Assembly: GCA_951406725.2 (NCBI GenBank)
Contig: OX597816.1
Location: 174,964,001-175,028,000 of the forward strand
Origin: Octopus vulgaris
Taxonomy: Eukaryota
Reading direction: 5' to 3'
DNA length: 64,000 nucleotides
Below are positions 52,651-64,000 of this stretch, in pieces. Numbering within the stretch: position 1 is the first letter of the stretch; each line of letters begins with the position of its first letter. Below the pieces are notes generated by a model that worked only from the letters and a program-made list of their open reading frames with translations, was not told the DNA's origin and made no database searches. The position numbers were made by a program, and so were the translations under genes.

Positions 52651-53085
52651 TGTAGTGACGCCATCTTGGAAATCTCCTGCACGCATGCGCAGAGTTGGAT
52701 TCTTCCGGGAGGCCTGCCGGAAGTTCCCTCATGCGCATGCGCAGAAAACTAGCAGCAGCAAAATTTCCCTCGTATCGGCCTCTCGAACGCTGACAGCCGA
52801 ACATGACGGTCGTGTTTTATCAGCTCTCTCAAGCTGCACCTCGTGGCGATGCTACGCTATGCTTGAACGGACAAGATTTAGCTCACTCCACTTGACTACT
52901 GCGACGAGCTCCTAGGCTGCCGATTCGCCCTGAAGAAGAATGTATATATTGCGAATCCAGAACTAAAAATATTTATTTTGTTAAGAAGATGATCGGAAGT
53001 CTTGGCTCTTTCCTTCGATTAATATTTCAATGCACAGGATGAGAGCTGTACCCATCCAGTGTTACAGACCTTTCATCCTGTTACA
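52651..53085. mobile_element. Solo LTR (435 bp), related to 12270-12701
   Basis: TGTAGTG...TGTTACA with a 4-bp TSD TATC. Confidence 0.8.
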
Positions 53086-54007
53086 TATCTAAAAATTTGC
53101 CTGAAGTTTTCCATGGTAAATTTGAGATTAAAAAAAAAAGTTTTCCATATTCTTAATCTCCGTATTTTTCCATGTACATTGAAAAATAGATGGTGGAAAG
53201 ATAAATGGGTATAGGGGTGAAATTTCCGAGGCTTCCACCACACAACACCCCGTTTTTCGAACCACAAAAAGAGTTTTGTGGCATATTAGGAGGCCAGGGT
53301 AGTTGATTCCACGCAAAAAATCCGATTTTTTTTTTCTTAATGAAAATCGTACAAGTGTTAATCTAAAAATTTAATCCAAAACCTTTTTCCCATTCATTTC
53401 TGTTTATGAAATTCTCTGTACGTAATTTTGCTTTCTCGGTGGTCAAGGCAAATGAGACTGGCAAAGCAACAGTGCCCTAATGCTGACATTGGATACAATG
53501 ACCTGATCTACAATAATGCGCTGATTGAAATCGGGGATGCCCTGCTCAAAATCGGTGGGGCAGCGTTGAACACATTCGGTTTGCCATCCTCATTGCGACA
53601 GGACGTTAACACACTCCCACCAAAGTTACTTCTGGAGTTGTCGTATGACGCTGATGGCCTTGTGGAATACCTGAGAGTAAATGAACCGAAATTGCTCCCT
53701 GATCAGAGGCTGTCGTCAGTGCCGTTGAAAAACAGGCGGGTGGCATTTTCCCCTCGATGCTGCTAGAGGTACCGGCAAATCCTTTGTAACACAATTAATA
53801 CTTGCTAAGATTCGTCGCGAGAAACAAATTGCGCTAGCCGTTGCTTCCTAGGGAATCGCTGCTACGTTATTGCCGGGAGGTAGGACGGCGCACTCAGCGT
53901 TCAAGCTGCCTTTACATTTGGTGAGGGCCGAGGTTCCTACTTGCAACATTGGCAAAAATTCAGAGGAAGAGGAAATTCTTAGACAGTGCCGTCTCATTGT
54001 ATGGGAC

Positions 54008-54781
54008 TGTAGTGGTTCTTGCATGCATGAAGTGGATTCGATCCACCATAATCAAATTTAAATTAACACTGCAACAGAACTTTTTCCACGATGGAACAAT
54101 GGTTTTTCTCTGACAGCAGTTTTACATTTTCCAGATGCCTTTAGCTAGGCTGAAATAATGTCTTCACCACTTGACCCTTTCTAACCTCTTCTACTTCACC
54201 AAAAGCTAGAATAGAGATAACAAAATCACCAACTAAATCTATTGTTCTCAATGATATATCTATCCTTCTGGATAGTTATATAAGCAAGCATACCCCAAGC
54301 AAAAATCAGTTAGTCACAGCCGGTGATGACTCAACCAAGTTCGTTGCATCGTCACGACTCAATTAGTTAGGGAACGGACTGATAGAATCATGATCACAAG
54401 GAAAACCTCTACTAAATATAATGGTCAGCGAGAGAAATGAAAATTACTGTCAGCAGCTGTGAGACAACACCTACAATTCTCTCTAGCTCGAATTCTGTTC
54501 TCTTACAACATTGTTCTATCTCTCTCTGTAATTACTACTAAACAATGAAGAGGACACAAACACAAACTGTACTTCGCATGCTTTTTGATGTATCATAACC
54601 TGCCCGTCGAGGCAAGGTATCTGTAACGTAACGGTAAATAAATACTTTCTTAAAACTTCATGCCTTGTCCTTCTTTCACATCTTACAACATGTCATTATA
54701 ACAACAAAGTATTAACGTTACCACTGCTTCCACCAACACATCATCAATAATAATATTTACCAATCAATCTCTACCGTTACA
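54008..54781. mobile_element. Solo LTR (774 bp) inserted in the Helitron helicase motif II
   Basis: TGTAGTGGT...ACCGTTACA with a 4-bp TSD GGAC. Removing it restores VWDECTM. Confidence 0.88.
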
Positions 54782-56089
54782 GGACGAATGCACAATGACC
54801 AATAAGGGTGCCCTTGAGGCACTGGACCGGTCACTGAAAGGTATCAGGGATTCTACAGCTTCTGTGGGTGATGTCGTGTAACTCTATTGCTTTCAGGAGA
54901 TTTCCGGCAAACCCTTCCTGTCATCCTTAAAGGGAGCTGGGCTGATGAAGTGCGCGCATGCCTTAAGTCATCCATGTTGTGGCTCCAGGTTAAGACCTTA
55001 AGCCTAAGCACAAACATGCGTGCGTACTTACTTGGTGATAACACGTCTGCAGCATTTGCTGAAGACATTTTAACCCTTGGAGAAGGCAAGGTCCCTAGGA
55101 ATGATAGGGGCGACATATCCATCTCTGAAGTGTGCAACACCGTGGACAACCCTTCCGATCTTTTGGAAACAGTGTTCCCCAATCTGGAAAGTAATTATGC
55201 AGACATCAATTGGCTCATTGAAAGAACCATCTTGGCCCCCCCCCCCCAAAAAAAACGTAGCTGTCGGTGCTACCAACGACCAGCTCACAAGCCGAATTAC
55301 GGGTGGGGAGCGCATCAACAAATCGATTAACTGGACCTCTGACCCCCAAGACATTGTCATTTACCCTATCGAGTTTCTCAACTCATTGGAGCCAGCAGGG
55401 CTTCCACCTCACATTCTTAGGCTAAGGGTTGGATACCCAATTATGCTAATCAGAAACTTGCTTCCACGTAAATAGAGCAACGGGACCCGCTTAGTAATCA
55501 AGTCCCTGACGCCTGACTTGATTGAGGCCACCATTGTTACAGGGTGCGGGAGGGGTGAAAATGTTTTCATTTCAAGGATGCAGCTTTATCCCTCGCAGTC
55601 AGACATGCCGTTTAACTTCCACAGATCGCAGTTCCCGGTGAGACCATACTTCGCCATGTCCCAAGGCCAAACGCTATCGGTGGCAGGCATCCATTTGGGG
55701 TTTTCCATTCAATCGGGATAAAAAATTGATGAGCCGATTCCTTATAGAATTTCCTACAAAAATTGGCTAAACCTCATTTTCAACCATAACTTTTACCAAC
55801 TTTGACATATTTTGCTCAAACTTGATGCCAGCATTACTTAGGACTCATGGGATCTTTGAATGCTTTAAGTTCTCAAAAAAAAATCGATGAGTGGAAATAA
55901 TCGATAAACCGATTCCTTATGGGATTTCCCAGTCAAATTGCCTGCAACCCATTTTCAGCCAAACGTTTACCAATTTCAGCGGATTTCGCTCAAATTTGAT
56001 GTCGGTGTCACTTATTTTGGTTTGAAATAAAGCGCTTGATCACTTAAATATCCTAACTTAATCCTGGGCAACGCCGGGCTATACTGCTA

Positions 56090-56131
<42 letters not shown>

Positions 56132-57112
56132 GACTATAATTTTCGGAGAACGTTGTCTTCTAAGACTGCATATTCAATGCTGTTTTGTGTGAATTTTTAC
56201 ACTACATTTATATGTAAGAGTAGCACACAGTCAGCAGCGAACGCGGTTTTCTATACTGTGTCACAATCCCCTCCCTTCCTTTTTAAATGTGTCTGTTTAT
56301 ATGTGTGTGTAAATGCACGTCTGTAATTCTATTCTTTTTATGTATCTTTCTAAATAAACACACACAAACACATATACACTCTCTCAAACATTATATAAAA
56401 AGAATATTTTACAGAAACACACATAAACACACACACACACACAAATATTCACAAACCCCCTTTTACAGGCACACACATATACACACACAGAATTGAAGCG
56501 CTGTTTGATTTTATTTTCACCGTTGAATTTTCACCATCCCACTTCCATCGGTGGATATCACCCCTTCCTTCGCCAATCATCTGTTGTGATGGCCAGAAAC
56601 ACAAGAGAATTATATGTTAGTAGATTCTAGTCAAGTTATTATCCTTGGTTAATTATGAGCTAAATCTACTTACTAAAAAAATCGATCAAAGCTGATGGGG
56701 AGTTGACATAACAAACCTGTCTATTCAGATTCATTGTGAAATTATAAAAGTTCCATAAAGGAAATTAATTTCCTTCAAACTCTTTTCCATTTTTCTATCC
56801 CCTTTTGTTGTCCACCAACTTCCCTGCACTTCTTTCTCAAGTAGTTCACTCATTCTCAGTTCTTTCTTTCTCACCTTTCTACTTAGTCTCTCGGTCTTTA
56901 AGCATCAATCACTTTAATTCCACTTTTTCACTTTCCTTCCCCACCACCGATATCGCTTAAGTCATTCCCCCGCACTCATTAATCCTCTATCTTTATCACT
57001 CATTCACTCTCCTTCTCTCTCTCTCTTTTAACAAATCACTCTCTTCTAAAGAACCCCATTTGTTTATTCGAGTGTGGAAGAGCGAAAGAAAACGACGCAG
57101 CAACACGTTGCA

Positions 57113-57393
57113 ATGTTGATAGTCGAAATTCTATTTCTCTTACGAGACATAGTCATCGCTTGCGTGGCAGCGGTGTGGAATTTCCTTATCACTCCCAAAT
57201 ATAAAGATGTAAAAAATGAAATTGTCCTGATCACTGGCTCTGCTAATGGCATCGGACGGGGCCTTGCCCTCGATTTTGCTCGACGTGGTTGTATCCTGGT
57301 CTTGTGGGACATTGATGAAGCAGAAAACGAGAAGACGGCCCAATTGGTTACGGAGGCAGGTGCTAAGGCTTATCCGTACTACTGTGACTTAAG
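57113..57393 (+). CDS. Short-chain dehydrogenase/reductase, SDR16C family (RDH10/SDR16C5/HSD17B11-like), first coding exon
   Basis: Begins MLIVEILFLL... with a hydrophobic N-terminal anchor, then VLITGSANGIGRGLALDFA (TGxxxGxG), LVLWDI and YYCDL, then an AG|GTAACT donor. No further exon recognised in the window. Confidence 0.88.
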
Positions 57394-57774
57394 GTAACTT
57401 TAGTTGCTCACATCTCTTATCTACATTATCACTTATTAGCAATAATGAATCGACTCACGTCCCAATTTTTAGCCGTTAAGGTTTAAAAAGCGGGCTGTGA
57501 GATTGAACCTAAAACTATATGGTGTGTATGGATGAGTGTATGTGTATGTATCTTTCGCTGATGTATATCGGAGAAGGATATAAACATCGGCGGAAGAACC
57601 GAAAAATGGGGGTTTTACGAATATAGTCATTCCCTATGTTAGGAGTTACGCAGATCCTCTCTTATCACTTCCTCTTGTCGAAAATTCAGCGAACTTGTAT
57701 TTAGCTCATTAGAAACCAATAACCAAAGGCGATGTAACAAACGAATATGTACGATGACAGTCTGAGCGCACGTG

Positions 57775-57829
<55 letters not shown>

Positions 57830-58154
57830 ACAGAGAGAGAGAGAGAGAGCAATAAGAAAATAGAGGGGATCAATAGGTGGTATTCATCAACTTTTAGACA
57901 TTGTATTATGTCAATTTATTTACTAAAATGTATATATATATATATATAAAACTGTCCAACAAACGGGACTCCAGTTGCATTGCGCGCATTTTTTTTTCAC
58001 ATTCGCTTCCCACACATTGTTTTACACCCATTCCAGTATTTTTTTTCTATTTTCATTTCCGGGTCAAGATGTAAACATTAACCGCGTAGAACTCTACCTC
58101 CGGTATTCGAATACTATTTCTTCCAGCTGGTTTCCGCATTTATGTGCTTACTCT

Positions 58155-58227
<73 letters not shown>

Positions 58228-60791
58228 GGTACTTGTCAATTGTCGTGGTCCCGGTTTTGCACACGCGAATTCGCGCGCGCCAGACGTAGGTACTCGATAC
58301 TCGAGATCCTACGAGGTGACTTGCGCATGCGCAGTGCAGAATTCGCGCGTGCGCGTTAGCCCCCCCCCCAAAAAAAAGGTGTTGGATTTCACTAAAAATA
58401 TATGTGTGTGTGTGTATATATAACATTTTCAATTTTACACAAAAAAATTACATAGTCGCTTTCCTCGCGGATTTACAGAGAAATGAATTAATTACTATTT
58501 TACAGAATAAAATTAATGAATTAATTATATAAATTAAATAATTCTTGAAAATTAATTAATATTAATAATATTTTTTGAACAAAGTAAATAATTTATAAAA
58601 CTTGGTTAATAATTTTTTTTACACAAACGCGAACGTATATAATTTGTGAAACTTTTTTTTTTTACAGACGTATATAATTTGGTAAACTTAATGAATTAAT
58701 TTCTTCTCATCATCATCATCGTTTAACGTCCGTTCTCCATGCCAGCATGGGTTGGACGGTTCGACCGGGGATCTGGGAAGCCAGAAGGCTGCACCAGACT
58801 CCAGTCTTATCTGGCAATGTTTCTACAGCTGGATGCCCTTCCTAACGCCAACCACTCCGAGAGTGTAGTGGGTGCTTTTTACATGCCACCCGCACAGGTG
58901 CCAGGCGAGGCTGGCAACGGCCACGGTCGGATTGGTGCCAGTCGAGGCGGCTCTGGCATCGGCCACGATTCGGATAGTGCTTTTTACGTACCACCAGTCC
59001 AGGGGTCCTGGCATTTGCCGGGTGCCACACTTGCCCCAACATGTCTTCGCAAGCAAAGGGGTTGGCATGGGTGCCTGTCGTGGGATGAGGTTCGATATCA
59101 ACTTCGCTTGCCTCAACAGGTCTTTGTGTATAAATGTATAAATTTTTCGCACTAAATTCTTTCCGTAGAATTTATAAAAAAACGCGCAAAATTATTCCGT
59201 AGACTTTATCAAATTAAAAAACGCAAAATTAATATATTTTTTGAAATTGCAAATTATTTAGAATATAAAACAAATTAAGTTAAATTTTAAAAATAAATGT
59301 CATATACTTATACTCTGTAAGGTGCTGTGTTCACACTTCAATTTACTATTTTCTAGAAATGTTGCTTTTCTAATTGAAACAATTTTTCTCAATCTCCATT
59401 TAAAAGTCCATAATGCCTCTTGAGCCATATCAAAATGAACAACTTTGAATTACCCGGTGGTGGTGGTGTGAGGTTCTAATTTTTTTTCTGATCTCTCTTT
59501 GCCCCCCCTAGATGGAGGTGTGGTGGGGAGACACAAAAAAAAATTAGAACCTCACACCACCACCACCGGGTAATTCAAAGTTGTTCATTTTGATATGGCT
59601 CAAGAGGCATTATGGACTTTTAAATGGAGATTGAGAAAATTGTTTCAATTAGAAAAGCAACATTTCTAGAAAATAGTAAATTGAAGTGTGAACACAGCAC
59701 CTTACAGAGTATAAGTATATGACATTTATTTTTAAAATTTAACTTAATTTGTTTTATATTCTAAATAATTTGCAATTTCAAAAATATATTAATTTTGCGT
59801 TTTTTAATTTGATAAAGTCTACGGAATAATTTTGCGCGTTTTTTTATAAATTCTACGGAAAGAATTTAGTGCGAAAAATTTATACATTTATACACAAAGA
59901 CCTGTTGAGGCAAGCGAAGTTGATATCGAACCTCATCCCACGACAGGCACCCATGCCAACCCCTTTGCTTGCGAAGACATGTTGGGGCAAGTGTGGCACC
60001 CGGCAAATGCCAGGACCCCTGGACTGGTGGTACGTAAAAAGCACTATCCGAATCGTGGCCGATGCCAGAGCCGCCTGACTGGCACCAATCCGACCGTGGC
60101 CGTTGCCAGCCTCGCCTGGCACCTGTGCGGGTGGCATGTAAAAAGCACCCACTACACTCTCGGAGTGGTTGGCGTTAGGAAGGGCATCCAGCTGTAGAAA
60201 CATTGCCAGATAAGACTGGAGTCTGGTGCAGCCTTCTGGCTTCCCAGATCCCCGGTCGAACCGCCCAACCCATGCTGGCATGGAGAACGGACGTTAAACG
60301 ATGATGATGATGAGAAGAAATTAATTCATTAAGTTTACCAAATTATATACGTCTGTAAAAAAAAAAAAGTTTCTCAAATTATATACGTTCGCGTTTGTGT
60401 AAAAAAAATTATTAACCAAGTTTTATAAATTATTTACTTTGTTCAAAAAATATTATTAATATTAATTAATTTTCAAGAATTATTTAATTTATATAATTAA
60501 TTCATTAATTTTATTCTGTAAAATAGTAATTAATTCATTTCTCTGTAAATCCGCGAGGAAAGCGACTATGTAATTTTTTTGTGTAAAATTGAAAATGTTA
60601 TATATACACACACACACATATATTTTTAGTGAAATCCAACACCTTTTTTGGGGGGGGGGCTAACGCGCACGCGCGAATTCTGCACTGCGCATGCGCAAGT
60701 CACCTCGTAGGATCTCGAGTATCGAGTACCTACGTCTGGCGCGCGCGAATTCGCGTGTGCAAAACCGGGACCACGACAATTGACAAGTACC
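58228..60791. mobile_element. Giant foldback (Mutator/FB-like) non-autonomous element, ~1.26-kb arms and ~47-bp spacer
   Basis: GGTACTTGTC...GACAAGTACC termini. 9-bp TSD CACATATAC (58219-58227 / 60792-60800). Arms nearly identical. Confidence 0.92.
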
Positions 60792-60829
60792 CACATATAC
60801 ATAATATATATATATATATGCAATTAAGT

Positions 60830-61010
60830 GCGCTTAGCTCTATGGACGACGCGTCAGACTCTTAATCTCTTTAACACAATAACCTCGGAGGGTGGCGTAC
60901 CTCTGTCGTAGAAATACGCCTTCCACTTCATCCGCCTTATGAAGTCTATCAGTTTCTCAAGTAGAATTTTCGTATAAACCTCGTTAGACGGTGTTGGAAT
61001 ATGCAGAAGA
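60830..61010 (-). mobile_element. Penelope-like ORF N-terminal fragment
   Basis: Minus strand encodes IPTPSNEVYTKILLEKLIDFIRRMKWKAYF, resembling the conserved FIRRMRWKA region of PLE ORFs. Confidence 0.6.
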
Positions 61011-61055
<45 letters not shown>

Positions 61056-61056
<1 letters not shown>

Positions 61057-61448
61057 TAGCAGTATCGCCCGGCGTTGCTCGGGTTTGTAAGGGAAATAAC
61101 TATATAAGCATTTTTAGAGAGTTATAGCCAAAAATAGCAAAAAAATGCATTAAAAATGGAAAAAAATGATGGTAAATTTTTTTTTTAATCGTTGACTCAT
61201 CGTAGACATTTTTAGAGAGTTACTTCCCTTATATAATAGCGAAAAAATGCATTAAAATTGAAAAAAATTATGGTAAATTTTTTTTTAAATCGTAGACTCA
61301 TCGTAGACGCGCGCTAATACCCAGAAGGGCTCGATATGAATCACGACAATAAGATACCCGGTTTTGGTTACACTGCACCGCAAAATGTGGGAGTAGTTAG
61401 GAATCTAAATCGTAGGAGACAGCACAACTTGACTTTTATATATAAAGA
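61056..61448 (-). mobile_element. Non-autonomous Helitron
   Basis: The minus-strand 3' end is a cccgagcaacgccggg hairpin plus CTAG. The 5' end is TCTTTATATATAAAAG. (TA)n context. Confidence 0.8.
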
Positions 61449-62138
61449 AGATATATATATATATATATATAATTATGCCGAACGTGTTTGTAGACAGCCC
61501 TCCACCCCAGTGGAATTCAAATTTATAATTCAAGGATTGTGTTAAAATCCTCGTTGAAGGCATGTGAAATATGAAAGGTCTGTTGGAATAGCAATGCTTG
61601 TTGTCACCAGTGGAGGCAGGTATTTTTGAAAAAACGCATTTCTTATGCTGAATTTAGGAGAGCTGCTCGGAACACTCCGCCACTGTAGTGAACAGGGAAA
61701 GTTTAGTCTGCTATACCAGTGGATGTGTTAAGCAAGAAAGAGCTGGGCTCATAAGTCACGAGCGGAGCCATAAGTGTAAAGTATAAATTGGGGATCTTTC
61801 GATTAGGGTCTCGAGATTATTAATTTTTCCAGCTGATTGTTCGGCAGTTTCTGTAAAGAATTTTTATTTATTTACTTTTGATTTTGAAGTTGGTGAGGGA
61901 GAAGTGACTCACGCTCCGCCCCCCCCCCCCGCCCACGGACTTTCATGTCCATGAGTCGAATAGTGAAATACACACACACAAACAAGGTCAACTTTTCCTT
62001 TCATCTTTTGAGTTGAGCATTGGACTCTATATAATCGACTTAGCCACTCACCCGAAATTGCTGGCCTTCTGACAAAATTTGAAATTAATATTCTCCTTTT
62101 GTTGGCATTTTTATTGTTTATTAACAAATTAGTAATTT

Positions 62139-62860
62139 GGATCTTTTCCTTTTGAACGGCACTTTGTAACATAATTTCTAGGCAACTAAATAGTTTTAAA
62201 CTTCGTATACTGGTAGAATGTGTTTATAAAACATCTTTTTCTCTTGGCTTTATTGAGAAAATTCTATAGTTTGTAAGATATTTCGTCTGAAATTTCTTGC
62301 ATTTCGGCAATTTTAACCAATCAATTACCTCCATTGACGTTAATAACATTCTGTGCATAATGAATATGTCCCTCCTTTAAGAAACAGATTGGGTTTATAT
62401 ACATTTGTGAAGAAAAAAGATACCCTTTTCCCCACCCCTAACCCTAACCCTAACTAACCCTAAATCTAAAATAGATTGAAATGCAATAGATCGATACTAG
62501 GATTATAATTTCATACGACACTGGTACGGAAAATAGATCGATACTAGGATTATAATTTCATACAACACTGGTACTGAAAATAGATCGATACTAGGATTAT
62601 AATTTCATATGACACTGGTACGGAAAATAGATCGATACTAGGATTATAATTTCATATGACACTGGTACGGAAAATAGATCGATACTAGGATTATAATTTC
62701 ATACGACACTGGTATGGAAAATGGGATTGTTTTCTAGCGGTGTCAAATGAAAATGTCACCCATAATTATGGCCCTAGTATCGATCTATTGCATTTCAATC
62801 TATTTTCGATTTAGGGTTACCTAGAAATGTTACAAAGTGCCGTTCAAAAGGAAAAGATCC
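62139..62860. mobile_element. GGATCTTT-terminated MITE with (CCCTAA)n and a 47-bp x5 tandem array (62486-62720)
   Basis: TIRs ggatcttttccttttgaacggcactttgtaac / gttacaaagtgccgttcaaaaggaaaagatcc. TSD (t/c)AGTAATTT. Confidence 0.85.
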
Positions 62861-63339
62861 CAGTAATTTTGCTGTTTCTAGTGTTTTTGTTAGCCTTATT
62901 GTTATATAGTTCATTCTTCTGCTACATTTCTTGTAATACTTGTTGCTGTTACTGCTTCTCTTACTGTTATTTATATTTTTTACTGGAATATGTCACATAA
63001 AAATGAACAATTATTTAATAATGCCAGCGTGATTTTAGTAAGTGTTATCCAATTCAATACTTACACCTAAAATTTGGTTTCAATTCCTCGTATGATTTCC
63101 TTAATATTACTTAAAGCATATATTTAGGGGCTACGAATTGGCAGAAACAGCAGATCACACGACTTATTACTTTACAGAATTTAGCTTTGCACCTCTTCAG
63201 GGATAGATCCAGAATTAAGATGTTGGGGATGGGATGCAATTTAGAAATAAACTCTGAGAATTCGAGATAAACAGTTATTTATGTGCATCATACATGCATG
63301 CATACGTACATACATACATACATACATAGGCTTGAGGCC

Positions 63340-64000
63340 AGAAGGACTCCAAGAAACAGACCAATCCAGAAAAGAAGGATTTGGAAGCTAAAGAACCCTT
63401 CAGAGATTTAGGGACATCCTCATCAAGAAATTTGATGAGAAGGAGGAGGAGCTACAGACGTCGGACATAGAAGGTAGCTGAAAATTCCTACGGGACAGCT
63501 TGCTGAGTGCCACGACCAAGTCTGTGGATGGTGCAAAGTTCCTTCCAGACCTAGAGTTATGTGGTGGTGGAATAGTACAGTAGACAAAGCCATTAGTGCA
63601 AAGAAACAGACCTGGAAAGCATGGAGGGATGGGGGTAGCAGGGAACTGTACCAGGTAGCCAAAAGGGAGGCTGGGCAGCAGGTATACATAGCCAAAGATG
63701 TAGCAGCAAAGAAGAAGTTTGCCAATGTCCAGCGACGTGAGGACCAAAGAACTGAGGTATTTCGTATTGCTAGACAGTGTGTGAGAGAAAATAGTGATGT
63801 TACAGGAGAGAAATGTGTCTGCATGGATGATGGGGCACTTGCCTTTAATGTTGGTGAAAAGAAAGAGGCTTGGAGAAGCCATTATGAAAGACTGCTGAAT
63901 GTGGAGAATGAATGGGAGGAGGAGAGCCTGCCAAATGTTGACCCAGTAGAGGGACCAGCTATCCGAATAGACGGCTCCCTAGTAGATAAAGCAATTAAGG
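63340..64000 (+). mobile_element. RTE-clade LINE fragment, runs off the right edge
   Basis: WWWNSTVD, RENSDVTGEKCVCMDDG, WRSHYERLLNVENEW. Confidence 0.85.

Larger units (their letters stand above)
51866..56090 (+). mobile_element. Helitron with Pif1 helicase pseudogene (53430-55700), interrupted by two solo LTRs
   Basis: GTGKSF, GIAATLLPGGRTAHSAFKLP, IVWD|[36 protein letters not shown]. Ends in a gggcaacgccggg hairpin and CTAG. Confidence 0.88.

Noticed and set aside
57074-57112. Upstream GTG start of the SDR ORF given in the track
   Set aside because: This is a eukaryotic gene. The first in-frame ATG at 57113 directly precedes the hydrophobic anchor.
62486-62720. Regular repeat array resembling CRISPR
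   Set aside because: The units are contiguous with no unique spacers, there are no cas genes, and the context is a eukaryotic MITE.

Overview
Eukaryotic, AT-rich, repeat-dense DNA. The SINE families and microsatellites look like octopus/coleoid cephalopod, which is an inference. Two host genes are arranged divergently. (1) DAW1/WDR69 (ODA16; WD40 outer-dynein-arm assembly factor) lies on the minus strand with eight coding exons (40701->427) and continues off the left edge. It has an RFX X-box promoter and a minor-spliceosome (U12) intron that appears to have rare AT-AA termini. (2) The first coding exon of an SDR16C-type short-chain dehydrogenase (RDH10/SDR16C5/HSD17B11-like) lies on the plus strand at 57113-57393. 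Most of the remainder is transposon-derived: RTE, CR1-like, R4-like and Penelope retroelements, Gypsy elements and solo LTRs, a piggyBac with a nested Gypsy, Tc1/mariner, hAT and pogo MITEs, Helitrons and three SINE families. The most striking structure is a 2.56-kb near-perfect foldback element (58228-60791, 9-bp TSD) in the SDR intron that carries the same SINE fragment mirrored in both arms. Most ORFs in the supplied track are spurious or TE fragments. Exon boundaries were counted base by base; many TE boundaries are approximate.
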